A stretch of DNA of 64,000 nucleotides from Azolla caroliniana (lineage: Eukaryota > Plantae > Polypodiophyta), in the NCBI GenBank assembly GCA_043228905.1, contig JBHGNT010000089.1:1-64000 (forward strand), written 5' to 3'. Positions within the stretch are counted from its first letter, which is position 1. Every line of letters starts with the position of its first letter. The notes under the pieces were generated by a model. The model ran no database searches. It was not told the origin of the DNA and worked only from the letters and a program-made list of their open reading frames with translations. This document shows positions 54,479 to 64,000 of the stretch, piece by piece. The position numbers were made by a program, and so were the translations under genes.

Positions 54479-54768
54479 TGTCATAACTAGACTCGAACCC
54501 ATAACCTTTTGTTACACGGGTCGAGACTTTACCATTAGGTTATGAATTGTAATTTGAAGAATATTATTTTCATTTAGGTTTTATTGGGAAATTGATGTAT
54601 ATTCCAGATTTCTCTGGAACATTCTAGAAACTTCAGGAGTATTCCTGAAGACACTATAAAAGGAGGCGCAAGGCATTAGTTCGAACCAAATCGGTTCAAC
54701 GCCAGTCTTAAGCCTTCTAACTACTGTTGTATATCTTCCGTCATATAATACATATATCTTTCGCATCA

Positions 54769-54804
<36 letters not shown>

Positions 54805-54937
54805 ACTCATTCCTTCTCTCAAAGTTCGACACCTCTCATAGTACTAATCCTTCTCTGTCTTAGTACTATTCCCCAACAATAGTACTAATCCTTCTTTTAG
54901 TACTAATTCCTTCTCTGCCTTAATAGAGTTCCTGACA
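54479..54937 (+). repeat. 5' LTR of element D
   Basis: TGTCA...TGACA; TATAAAA at 54655. Confidence 0.96.
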
Positions 54938-54939
54938 GT

Positions 54940-54951
54940 TTGAACCGATTT
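54940..54951 (+). promoter_or_regulatory. Self-priming PBS of element D
   Basis: TTGAACCGATTT is the exact complement of AAATCGGTTCAA (54688-54699), 33 nt after the start of the TATA box. Confidence 0.8.
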
Positions 54952-55025
54952 TGACTACTAGTCTCCCTCTTCCTTCTGTCTCCCTCCTTTCCTACTAGTC
55001 TCTTATTTCCCTTTTCCTTCATCCC

Positions 55026-56195
55026 ATGGCCACCGTTAGCGCTGAAGAGTATCAATCCGTTTTCTCGGAATTTGAATGCTTGAAAGAGAAGTTTCATGCT
55101 TTGGAACAAGAAAATCAACGCTTGTTGGGGGATCTTCAGCAAATTTCCTTAGAAAAGCAGCAAACGCAACAACAGCATGGGGAACTTGCGTTACGCGTGC
55201 AACAACTCGAAGCAACCATCGTAGCAATGCAACAACAAGGGCACGGAGCACAAGGGATTCATAAAGAACCCAAGATTGGCCTTCCCACGAAGTTCGATGG
55301 AACGCGATCGCAGTTTAGAGGGTTTCTTAACCAGGTACGGTTAGTTATTCAAATGCATCCGTCCCGATATCCCACCGATGCATCACGAGTGGGTTTAGTA
55401 GGCACGTTGTTAAATGGCTCAGCATTAGCATGGTTCGCTCCGCTACTAGAAAAGGAATCTCCAGTACTAAATAATTTTGAAGAATTCATAAGTGAGTTTA
55501 AAGCATGTTTTGGAGATACTGACAGCATAAGGACTGCAATCAACAAAATCCGGCGATTACGCCAAGGTGACCGTCCAGCCTCCGCATATGCTGCAGATTT
55601 CCGCCTACTCGCCGCCGATATCCCCTGGGATGATCAAGCATTGATGGAGCAGTTCCGCTATGGTCTACGCAACGATGTCAAGGATTTACTCTTGACTTTC
55701 CCTGAAGAGCCAAAATCATTAACAGAAGCAATCAGTCGAGCGGTCAGATGTGACAACCGCCTCTTCGAGCGACGTTCGGAACGACAATTTCAGATGCCGA
55801 GGGCAAGATCCGAGCCTACCTATGCCTCAGTGGTAGCGAAACCTTTTCAAAGGGAGTCACATAATGCGCCTCCAGTAAGTACTCCAACTCCAATGGAAAT
55901 TGACACTACACGTCGTCGTGGGCCGCTATCGGAGGAGGAAAAGCAACGACGCCGAACAAACCGATTATGCCTTTATTGCGGTGGACCAGGGCATATCGCG
56001 ATAAACTGTCCCCATAGACCAAGAAGGCAGGTAAACCAAGTCATTGTTAGTTCTGACTATACTAAACCCGAGTCTATTTCAGTAGGAATCTCTGATAATC
56101 CTCATAGTCATAATAGTCCTAATAGTACTAATAGTCCGAATCTCGTAAACAAATTTGATGTCCTTAGCCAATTAGAAGAAGAGTTAAACGACTAA
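55026..56195 (+). CDS. Gag of element D
   Basis: 389 aa; PTKFDGTRSQFRGFLNQ, LRQG, PMEID, CLYCGGPGHIAINC. Confidence 0.96.
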   Translation: MATVSAEEYQSVFSEFECLKEKFHALEQENQRLLGDLQQISLEKQQTQQQHGELALRVQQLEATIVAMQQQGHGAQGIHKEPKIGLPTKFDGTRSQFRGFLNQVRLVIQMHPSRYPTDASRVGLVGTLLNGSALAWFAPLLEKESPVLNNFEEFISEFKACFGDTDSIRTAINKIRRLRQGDRPASAYAADFRLLAADIPWDDQALMEQFRYGLRNDVKDLLLTFPEEPKSLTEAISRAVRCDNRLFERRSERQFQMPRARSEPTYASVVAKPFQRESHNAPPVSTPTPMEIDTTRRRGPLSEEEKQRRRTNRLCLYCGGPGHIAINCPHRPRRQVNQVIVSSDYTKPESISVGISDNPHSHNSPNSTNSPNLVNKFDVLSQLEEELND

Positions 56196-59100
56196 GTCCA
56201 GCCAAAATAGGAGCCGTTTGGTTGGACAGCCCTAGATCTGTGCAGCCCATTAGTGGTTCCATTCCCTCTAAGCAAGTTAGTGATGTGTTCGTAGCCCAAG
56301 TAGCAGTTAGTACTAAAAGTACCCCTCCAGTACATACCTTAGCCCTTCTAGATTCCGGAGCTAATTCTTGCTTCATGGATAGGAATTTTGCCCGAGCTCA
56401 TCAGATATCTCTCAGAAAGCTCCCATGTCCAGCCTCAGTAGTAGTCATTGATGGTCGTCCCATTGCTTCTGGTAATATCATAGAAGAGTCGGAACCCGTT
56501 AATATTGTCCTAGATAACTTAACATGTGTAGTATCATTTAATATTATTAGTATTCCAGAACATCCCATAGTTTTAGGATTACCATGGTTCGAGTTACATG
56601 ACCCAGACATAGATTGGAGGACAAGGGAAATCCGGTTGCGACAAACCCAAGGATCTACCCAGAAGGTTGCAACCATTTCGCTACGTCAGTTGCGTGAGGA
56701 AGGGCGCAAGGAGGAAATGTTTCTCTTCGCAATATCAGTACAACCCTCCAGCACCACCAAAGAGGAGTCCACCGTTCAACTTCCCGAGAAGTATCGTCAG
56801 TATGCTGATGTGTTCGATAAAGTACAAGCCAACACACTTCCTCATCATCGGCCGTACGACTGCGCCATCGACTTACAACCGGGAAAAGAGCCGCCATGGG
56901 GGCCGATCTACAATTTGTCACCAACCGAGCTAGAAGTCCTTCGAGCCTATATAGAGGAGAATTTGGAGAACGGTTTCATTCGGCATTCGAAATCTCCAGC
57001 CGGCGCACCCATTTTCTTCGTCAAGAAAAAAGATGGCTCGCTTCGACTCGTTGTAGATTACCGTGGCTTGAATAAGGTCACAGTAAGAAATAGGTATGCT
57101 CTTCCCCTTATCTCAAGTCTTTTAGAACGGATCAACGGTGCCAGGTTCTTCACGAAGATCGACTTACGAGGAGCCTATAACCTCGTACGGATCCGACCAG
57201 GAGATGAATTGAAGACCGCGTTTCGCACCAGATATGGGCACTTCGAGTATACGGTCATGCCGTTCGGACTCACTAATGCGCCGGCAGTCTTCCAGCACAT
57301 GGCGAATGATATATTTCGAGATCTCTTGGATGATTTTTTGATCATCTATTTGGATGATCTACTGGTTTATTCAAAGACCCAAGAAGAACATGATTCTCAT
57401 GTACTATTAGTACTAAAACGACTTCGAGAACATGGTCTGTATGCAAAGTTAGAGAAATGTAGTTTCGGGTGCAACCAAGTGGAGTTTCTCGGCTATGTCA
57501 TCTCCTCAGAAGGCATATCTATGGACCCAGCCAAGGTCAAAACGGTGATAGAATGGCACACTCCGCGTTCGGTGCGGGATGTGCAATGCTTCCTAGGCTT
57601 TGCAAATTTTTACCGGAAGTTTATACAAAATTACTCAAAAATTGTGCTGCCTCTCACACAGCTCACCAGGAAGGGACAATCATTCATTTGTTCTAAAGAG
57701 ACGGACATGGCTTTCGAGAGTCTTAAGAAGGCGTTTACATCAGCTCCAATTTTAGGTCATGTGGATCCGGAAAAACCATTCATTATCGAAGCTGACGCAT
57801 CGGATTTCGCATTGGGGAGCATTCTGTCACAACAGGGTAACGACGAGAAGCTACATCCTGTGGCTTTCCACTCCCGTAAGTTTGACGCCGCCGAAATCAA
57901 CTACGAAATTCATGATAAAGAGCTATTAGCAATAGTTGATTCTTTTATGCAATGGAGGCATTTCCTGGAGGGATCTCCTCATCAGGTCACTGTATTCAGT
58001 GACCACAAGAACCTTGCCTACTTTCAAGATGCTCGTGTACTGAATCGACGTCAAGCTCGGTGGGCCCACTTCCTCACACGCTTCGACTTCAAAATTACAT
58101 ATCGTCCGGGGAAGCACCAAGGGAAGGCAGATGCATTATCACGGCGTTCGTATCTAACACCACGTCCCGGTGAGCCAGCTTTCGATAACCAGAAGCAAGT
58201 AATCTTGGGTCCAGCACGACTGCAAGCAGCACAGGTCTTTGACATGCCCGTGGATTCCGACATTACCAATACTATACGTGAGGACTTGAAGACTGACGCT
58301 TTCGCCCAAGCTATACTAGCACAAATTGACCTCTCTCGAGCGTCATGTTCACAATCACAATCACCAGGTACGGATTATCGGCAATTCAAATACTGTGATG
58401 GATTACTCTTCTTTAAAGAACTTTTGTATGTTCCTAATGGTTCTTGCCGCCTTCGAGTAGTACAAAACTGCCATGACACATTTACAGCAGGACATTTTGG
58501 TAGTACTAAAACATTAGATTTAGTACAACGATCATTCTGGTGGCCCCGTATGCGACAATTTGTCGAAGATTTTGTTCGGACTTGCGATACATGCTGCAGA
58601 GCGAAAATGCCAAGACATCATCCATATGGTTTATTAGAACCATTACCAATTCCAAGCAAGCCATGGCAATCCATTGCTCTTGACTTCATTACAGATCTTC
58701 CAGTCTCTAAGGGATTCAGTGCGATTCTCACAGTGGTGGATCGATATACGAAGATGGCTCATTTCTTACCATGTACTAAAGAAATATCTAGTGAAGACAC
58801 CGCCGAAATTGTCATGCGGGAAGTATGTCGGCATCATGGACTCCCTGATAATATCATCAGCGATCGTGGACCCCAGTTTGTGTCAAAATTCTGGAAGCAC
58901 CTTTTTAAAATGCTGAAGGTCACTTGTAACCTCTCCTCCGGCTACCACCCACAAACCGACGGTCAAGCCGAACGAACAAATCAAACACTGGAGCAGTATC
59001 TGCGGTGCTTTCTCAACTATCATCAGAATGACTGGGCAGATATTCTTCAGTTCGCCGAATTTGCCTATAATAACGCTATCCACGCATCGACTAAAGTCAC

Positions 59101-59779
59101 GCCATTCTACGCTTATACGGGATATCATCCCCGGTGGTGTATCCTTGAAACCCCAGAAGTGTCCACAAATCCTTGCGCGGAGGATCGTTTGGAGCGGTTA
59201 CGCAAGATACAAGCGGATTTATCTACTCAACTCCAGCAAGCTCAACAATCACACAAGGACTACGCAGATCGTCATCGACTTCCATCCAGTTTTAACATTG
59301 GAGATCGGGTGTGGCTGCTACGACGACACATCAAGACTACTCGCCCATGTGAGAAGTTGGATTATCGGCGATTAGGTCCTTTCCGTATTATCGGGAAGAT
59401 TAATGATGTCGCTTTTCGTCTCGAGCTACCTCCGCAACTTCGGATACATCCGGTGTTTCATAGTTCTCTCCTCGAACCCTATCACGAGAGCACTATCCCA
59501 GGACGTACTATACAACCTCCACCTCCTATCGAGCTCGAAGATGGACCTGAGTATGAGGTCGCTGCCATCCTCGATTCCAAGATTGTTCGCAACAAGCTCT
59601 ACTATCTAGTCGATTGGCAAGGATATAGTCCCAGCGAGCGTACTTGGGAACCGATCGAGAATGTGACCAATGCTCGTGCTCTTCTAGAAGACTTCCATCG
59701 ACGATATCCCGAGAAACCGGGTCCTCAATCCAAAACGACTCGTGAAACTCGTCGTTTTAAAGGGGGGATAGTGTCATAA
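56189..59779 (+). CDS. Pol of element D (PR-RT-RH-IN-chromodomain), -1 frame relative to gag
   Basis: LLDSGA, YLDD, EADASD, integrase HHCC/DDE, GPF, chromodomain YEVAAILDS...YLVDWQGY...TWEP. The frame is open from the slippery site. Confidence 0.96.
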   Translation, partial: RLSPAKIGAVWLDSPRSVQPISGSIPSKQVSDVFVAQVAVSTKSTPPVHTLALLDSGANSCFMDRNFARAHQISLRKLPCPASVVVIDGRPIASGNIIEESEPVNIVLDNLTCVVSFNIISIPEHPIVLGLPWFELHDPDIDWRTREIRLRQTQGSTQKVATISLRQLREEGRKEEMFLFAISVQPSSTTKEESTVQLPEKYRQYADVFDKVQANTLPHHRPYDCAIDLQPGKEPPWGPIYNLSPTELEVLRAYIEENLENGFIRHSKSPAGAPIFFVKKKDGSLRLVVDYRGLNKVTVRNRYALPLISSLLERINGARFFTKIDLRGAYNLVRIRPGDELKTAFRTRYGHFEYTVMPFGLTNAPAVFQHMANDIFRDLLDDFLIIYLDDLLVYSKTQEEHDSHVLLVLKRLREHGLYAKLEKCSFGCNQVEFLGYVISSEGISMDPAKVKTVIEWHTPRSVRDVQCFLGFANFYRKFIQNYSKIVLPLTQLTRKGQSFICSKETDMAFESLKKAFTSAPILGHVDPEKPFIIEADASDFALGSILSQQGNDEKLHPVAFHSRKFDAAEINYEIHDKELLAIVDSFMQWRHFLEGSPHQVTVFSDHKNLAYFQDARVLNRRQARWAHFLTRFDFKITYRPGKHQGKADALSRRSYLTPRPGEPAFDNQKQVILGPARLQAAQVFDMPVDSDITNTIREDLKTDAFAQAILAQIDLSRASCSQSQSPGTDYRQFKYCDGLLFFKELLYVPNGSCRLRVVQNCHDTFTAGHFGSTKTLDLVQRSFWWPRMRQFVEDFVRTCDTCCRAKMPRHHPYGLLEPLPIPSKPWQSIALDFITDLPVSKGFSAILTVVDRYTKMAHFLPCTKEISSEDTAEIVMREVCRHHGLPDNIISDRGPQFVSKFWKHLFKMLKVTCNLSSGYHPQTDGQAERTNQTLEQYLRCFLNYHQNDWADILQFAEFAYNNAIHASTKVTPFYAYTGYHPRWCILETPEVSTNPCAEDRLERLRKIQADLSTQLQQAQQSHKDYADRHRLPSSFNIGDRVWLLRRHIKTTRPCEKLDYRRLGPFRIIGKINDVAFRLELPPQLRIHPVFHSSLLEPYHESTIPGRTIQPPPPIELEDGPEYEVAAILDSKIVRNKLYYLVDWQGYSPSERTWEPIENVTNARALLEDFHRRYPEKPGPQSKTTRETRRFKGGIVS

Positions 59780-60061
59780 CTAGACTCGAACCCATAACCT
59801 TTTGTTACACGGGTCGAGGCTTTACCATTAGGTTATGAATTGTAATTTGAAGAATATTATTTTCATTTAGGTTTTATTGGGAAATTGATGTATATTCCAG
59901 ATTTCTCTGGAACATTCTAGAAACTTCAGGAGTATTCCTGAAGACACTATAAAAGGAGGCGCAAGGCATTAGTTCGAACCAAATCGGTTCAACGCCAGTC
60001 TTAAGCCTTCTAACTACTGTTGTATATCTTCCGTCATATAATACATATATCTTTCGCATCA

Positions 60062-60097
<36 letters not shown>

Positions 60098-60230
60098 ACT
60101 CATTCCTTCTCTCAAAGTTCGACACCTCTCATAGTACTAATCCTTCTCTGTCTTAGTACTATTCCCCAACAATAGTACTAATCCTTCTTTTAGTACTAAT
60201 TCCTTCTCTGCCTTAATAGAGTTCCTGACA
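59772..60230 (+). repeat. 3' LTR of element D
   Basis: Direct repeat of 54479-54937. Confidence 0.96.
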
Positions 60231-60235
60231 GTCAG

Positions 60236-61050
60236 AGGAGTCCTTAAAGAGGACCGGACGATTCCGGTATGTTCAGAAAGGATGTACGAAGTCATGGCGG
60301 ACTTCAGTAGAGGGCTCGAGTCGGATCAGACGGCCCGGATGGACACGAGGTACAAGACTGTGGACCAGAAGGTGAGGCCAGTCGCGGCTCCCTTGCCAGA
60401 GGGCAGCGAGTTGCGAATAAAGGGGGTTGCGTCGGACCCGAGTTTACGAAATCCGGCCCGCATAGGACACACGTTCACCGACATAACGTTGCGCGAGCTC
60501 AAAATCGGTGGGGGCGGCTTCCTACTGCTGGCGGAAGAGGACCGTTTTCGGGGAATGCTCAGAAGGCACGGGAAGGCTTTCGCATTCTCACCGGAGGAGA
60601 TCGGGTGCGTAGACCCGACAGTCGTGGAATCGATGGTGATATTCACGGTACCGCATGTGCCGTGGAGTCTCAAACCGATTCCAGTACCCAGAGCTCACAT
60701 CCCGAAGCTGATGGAGCTGTTAAAGCAGAAGGTCGAGATGTGAATCCTCGAACCGTCGAGTGCCCCATATTCGAATCGGTGGTTTACCATGCCGAAGAAG
60801 GATGGCACACTGCGCTTTATTCAAGACCTGCAACCGGTCAACAAGGTGACCATTCGAAACGCAGGAATCGGACCGACAATAGATGAGTTCGCGGAGGCCT
60901 TCGCCGGAAGGTCGATTTACTCGGCTGGTGATCTCTACTCGGGGTACGATCAGTTCCAGCTAGCCATAGAGAGCAGAGACATCACGACAATGCGAACTCC
61001 TCTCGGCCTAGTACGGATGTGTACCCTACCACAAGGAGGGACGAACTCGG
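60236..61050 (+). pseudogene. RT N-terminal part of element C'
   Basis: YKTVDQKVRPV...IFTVPHVPW...PYSNRWFTMPKKDG...; one in-frame TGA at 60741. Confidence 0.88.
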
Positions 61051-64000
61051 TGTTGCGAATCGATGCTTCGCTTCACCTTCTCCACTCGGCCACAACCAAG
61101 TAATCGCGGATCAATGCAGCAGAAAATAGGAATCAAACGGAGAAACAAAACGCGAACACAAGGATTAACGTGGAAAACCCTAGATGGGAAAAACCACGGG
61201 AGTACAAGACTCCAAACCAACACTATACAAAGAGAAGTATACAATGGCGAGCTGCAAGGCGACGACCTTGAGCTCGCTGTCCTCGCCACAGGCGGCGGAA
61301 ATACACAGAGGCGTCGACCTCTTCCTCTCTCTCTCTCTCTCGCGCGATCTATCTCTCTCTCTCACGGCTGCTCTCTCTCTTCACTCCTCTAGAGTGGAAA
61401 AACAGAAAAATGAATAGCAACAACAAAACTGTTTGCCCTAAGTCATATTTATACACATATGACTTTAGGGCTATTTACAACTATAGCCTCAAGGGCCCTT
61501 GGCAAACATATTCGCAGATATGTCCCCGCATCCGGATCTCTCTCCGGGTACATTCGTCATCCGGTACCGAAACCGGGGTCTTCATCATCCGGTTCCGAAA
61601 CCGAAACCGGGCTTGTCGGCATTCACCTTCGGACATCCGACCATCCCATCCGAAAGGGACCATAATCCCAACAAACTCCCCCTTCACTTCGGTATGGGAT
61701 GTCTCTCCAATCCTATCCTCTTCCGGCATGCTTCCAGCTTGTCGGGTGTAAGCACCTTGGTCAGCATATCCGACCCGTTCTCGTCCGTGTGGATCTTTGT
61801 CAGCACGAACTCCTTGTCTTCTATCCTTTCCCGGATCCAGTGATATCTTCGCTGGATGTGCTTCGTCCGGGAGTGATAGGCCGCGTTCTTCGCAAGGTGG
61901 ATTGCACTCTGACTGTCGCAGTAGAGTCGGTACTCCTCCTGCCGGATACCGAGCTCTCTAATGAAGTCTTTCATCCATATTACTTCCTTGCCGGCTTCAA
62001 CAGCCGCCATGTACTCCGCCTCCGTGGTTGACAACGCAACCGTCTTCTGCAGCCTCGACTGCCATGAAACAGCTCCACCTGCATACGTCATCACATACCC
62101 TGATGTGGACCGGCTGGTATCTGCATCAGCCGACATATCCGAATCGGTGAAGCCGTCGAGTTCGGGCTTACCGGAGCCGAATCGGAGGCACACGTTTGCC
62201 GTGCCCTTCAGGTATCGGAGTATCCACTTGGCCGCGTTCCAATGCTCTTTGCCGGGATTGCTCATGTACCGGCTCACCACTCCGACTGCGTATCCTATGT
62301 CCGGTCTCGTACACACCATGGCGTACATCAAGCTCCCGACGGCTGAGGCATACGGCACTTTCATCATATCCTCCTTTTCAGCCTTTGTCTTGGGACTTTG
62401 TTTGCTGGACAGCTTGCAGTTTGCCGGGAGGGTCGATCCGACCGGTCTTGCTTCCGACATGTTGAACCGGTGAAGCACCTTCGTCACGTACTTCTCCTGT
62501 GACAGCCACAACAGCTTCTTCTTCCGGTCCCGGATGATGTGCATCCCTAGTATTTGTCTCGCCGAACCCAGGTCCTTCATTGAGAAGGTTCGGTGAAGAG
62601 CCTTCTTCAGCATCCGTATCTTGACCTGGTCCCGTCCGACGATCAACATGTCGTCCACGTACAGGAGGAGTATTAGAAAGTCTCCTCCTTCGAACTTCTT
62701 CACAAACACGCAGTGGTCGGACTGCGTTTTGAGATACCCTTCGTCGGTCATGAAGGAGTCGAACTTCCGGTACCATTGCCGGGGAGCCTGCTTCAGTCCG
62801 TAAAGGCTCTTCTTCAACCGGCATACCAGGTGCTCCTTCCCTTTCTTCTCGAATCCTTCCGGTTGCTGCATGTAGATCTCTTCATCGAGGTCACCATGAA
62901 GGAATGCCGTCTTCACGTCCATCTGTTCTACCTCGAGGTCCATGCTTGCCGCTATGCTCAGCACCGTCCGGATGGAGGTCATCTTCACTACCGGGGCAAA
63001 TATCTCGTCGAAGTCGACGCCCTTCTTCTGCTGAAACCCCTTCACCACGATCCTGGCTTTGTATCTCGGGGGGTTTCCGGCATCTCCCGGTTTCATCTTG
63101 AACACCCACTTGTTACGGAGTGCCCGTTTTCCTTTCGGCAGCTCCACAAGTTCATATGTGTGGTTCTCATGCAGGGAATCCATCTCGTCCTGCATGGCAC
63201 TCAACCACCTGCGGCTCTGAGTGTCATGCTTTGCTTCTTCAAAGCTCTCCGGCTCCCCCTCGTCGGTTAGCAACAGGTGCTCTGGTTCCGGAAATCTCCG
63301 GGGGGCCCTTCTCTCTCTTAGAGGATATCTCCGTTCTGGAGCTTCGGTAACCGGTTCTTCCGATTCTTCTTCATCCGAATCCATTTCGGGATCGGGGCCG
63401 GTTCCGGTATCATTTTCATCTTCTTCGACCGGTTCTGCTTCTTCACCGTCTTCGGCCGGATCCTCGAGTGCTAACCGGTCCCTTGCCGGTCGGGACTGCT
63501 CCTCGTAGAGTTGATCCTCACCGATCGACTTGGAGCTCTTCATCTTCTTCTCCGACTCCCAGTCGGCGAGTGTCTTGTTCTCCATGAAGATGATGTCTCG
63601 ACTCCTGAATATCTTCTTGTCGACCGGGTCCCATACTCGGTAGCCGAACTCGTCATCGCCGTAACCGAGGAATATGCATGGCCGGGTCTTTGGATCTAGC
63701 TTTCCTCTCCGGTCCTTTGCCACATGCACGTATGTGAGACACCCGAACACCTTCAGGTGCCGATAGGATACTTCCCTACCGGTCCACACTCTCTGCGGCG
63801 TGTCTCCGTCCAAAGGTACTGAGGGTGATCGGTTTATCACATATGTCGCCGTCGACATTGCCTCAGCCCAAAACCCCTTGGGTAATTTCGCATGTGCCAG
63901 CATACTCCGGACCCTCTCCATTATGGTCCGGTTCATCCTCTCGGCCAGCCCGTTCAGTTCCGGCGTCTTCGGCACAGTAAACTCGAGCCGGATTCCCTTC
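61051..64000 (-). mobile_element. Tnt1/Tork-like Ty1/Copia element, 3' part (3' LTR 61051-61673, PPT 61674-61686), continuing beyond the window
   Basis: LTR TGTTGGG...GCAACA preceded by gaagggggagtt; intact pol. Confidence 0.95.
61684..63999 (-). CDS. Copia pol (integrase C-part, RT, RNase H), 5'-partial
   Basis: NGLAERMNRTI, GKLDPK, YKARIVVKGF, QMDVKTAFLHG, LYVDDML, ALSTTEAEY, SDMLTK; no stops up to the window edge. Confidence 0.97.
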   Translation of the reverse strand, partial: KGIRLEFTVPKTPELNGLAERMNRTIMERVRSMLAHAKLPKGFWAEAMSTATYVINRSPSVPLDGDTPQRVWTGREVSYRHLKVFGCLTYVHVAKDRRGKLDPKTRPCIFLGYGDDEFGYRVWDPVDKKIFRSRDIIFMENKTLADWESEKKMKSSKSIGEDQLYEEQSRPARDRLALEDPAEDGEEAEPVEEDENDTGTGPDPEMDSDEEESEEPVTEAPERRYPLRERRAPRRFPEPEHLLLTDEGEPESFEEAKHDTQSRRWLSAMQDEMDSLHENHTYELVELPKGKRALRNKWVFKMKPGDAGNPPRYKARIVVKGFQQKKGVDFDEIFAPVVKMTSIRTVLSIAASMDLEVEQMDVKTAFLHGDLDEEIYMQQPEGFEKKGKEHLVCRLKKSLYGLKQAPRQWYRKFDSFMTDEGYLKTQSDHCVFVKKFEGGDFLILLLYVDDMLIVGRDQVKIRMLKKALHRTFSMKDLGSARQILGMHIIRDRKKKLLWLSQEKYVTKVLHRFNMSEARPVGSTLPANCKLSSKQSPKTKAEKEDMMKVPYASAVGSLMYAMVCTRPDIGYAVGVVSRYMSNPGKEHWNAAKWILRYLKGTANVCLRFGSGKPELDGFTDSDMSADADTSRSTSGYVMTYAGGAVSWQSRLQKTVALSTTEAEYMAAVEAGKEVIWMKDFIRELGIRQEEYRLYCDSQSAIHLAKNAAYHSRTKHIQRRYHWIRERIEDKEFVLTKIHTDENGSDMLTKVLTPDKLEACRKRIGLERHPIPK

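Larger units (their letters stand above)
54479..60230 (+). mobile_element. Full-length, very young Tcn1-like chromovirus (element D)
   Basis: 459-bp LTRs at 54479-54937 and 59772-60230 (one mismatch seen); TSD GTCAG; PPT aaaggggggatag; intact gag and pol. Confidence 0.97.
51155..61050 (+). mobile_element. Gypsy element C' (LTR ~51155-51620, degenerate gag-PR, -1 frame RT), split by element D and cut by a Copia at 61051
   Basis: Gag FMEWVETPDKG..., RCMWFDTVGHIRKDC, protease ALVDYGSEINLMS, RT PKKDGTLRFIQDLQPVN...DLYSGYDQ...LPQG. The reading frame rejoins across the GTCAG TSD. Confidence 0.85.

Noticed and set aside
54479-54546. Genuine tRNA gene in the LTR of element D
   Set aside because: A/B boxes are present but the anticodon and acceptor stems do not pair. 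Reported only as tRNA-like.

Overview
This is eukaryotic plant nuclear DNA. Its TE repertoire (Tcn1-like chromoviruses, an RTE-X-type LINE, a pogo element) suggests a non-seed plant such as a fern or lycophyte (inference). The first 10 kb holds one intact 4-exon gene (folate-receptor-family, Cys-rich membrane protein, 2206-7561, +), a tRNA-Gly(CCC) gene and a small scrambled plastid insertion (rps12 exon 1 plus 16S pieces). The remaining ~54 kb is a deep nest of transposons: several Copia remnants, two copies of a Gag-PR/-1-RT Gypsy lineage, a young intact Athila/Tat-like Gypsy (A, 19500-29470) with an extra 3' ORF, a non-autonomous LTR element (B, 15974-18833), a pogo DD30D transposon carrying a 113-bp satellite, a full-length LINE, a very young Tcn1-like chromovirus (D, 54479-60230) and a Tnt1-like Copia running off the end. 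The most notable signal is in elements A and B. Their LTRs are unrelated, yet both have an ordinary tRNA-Arg PBS at the 5' end and, where the polypurine tract should be, a conserved ~40-nt copy of the 3' half of a second tRNA-Arg (T-arm, acceptor strand, CCA) with a covarying hairpin inserted. This suggests tRNA-dependent, PPT-less plus-strand priming. Other highlights are a self-priming PBS in D, two -1 frameshift/pseudoknot signals, and outward-facing tRNA-like A/B boxes in the U3 of four LTR families. All calls were made by eye, without database searches.
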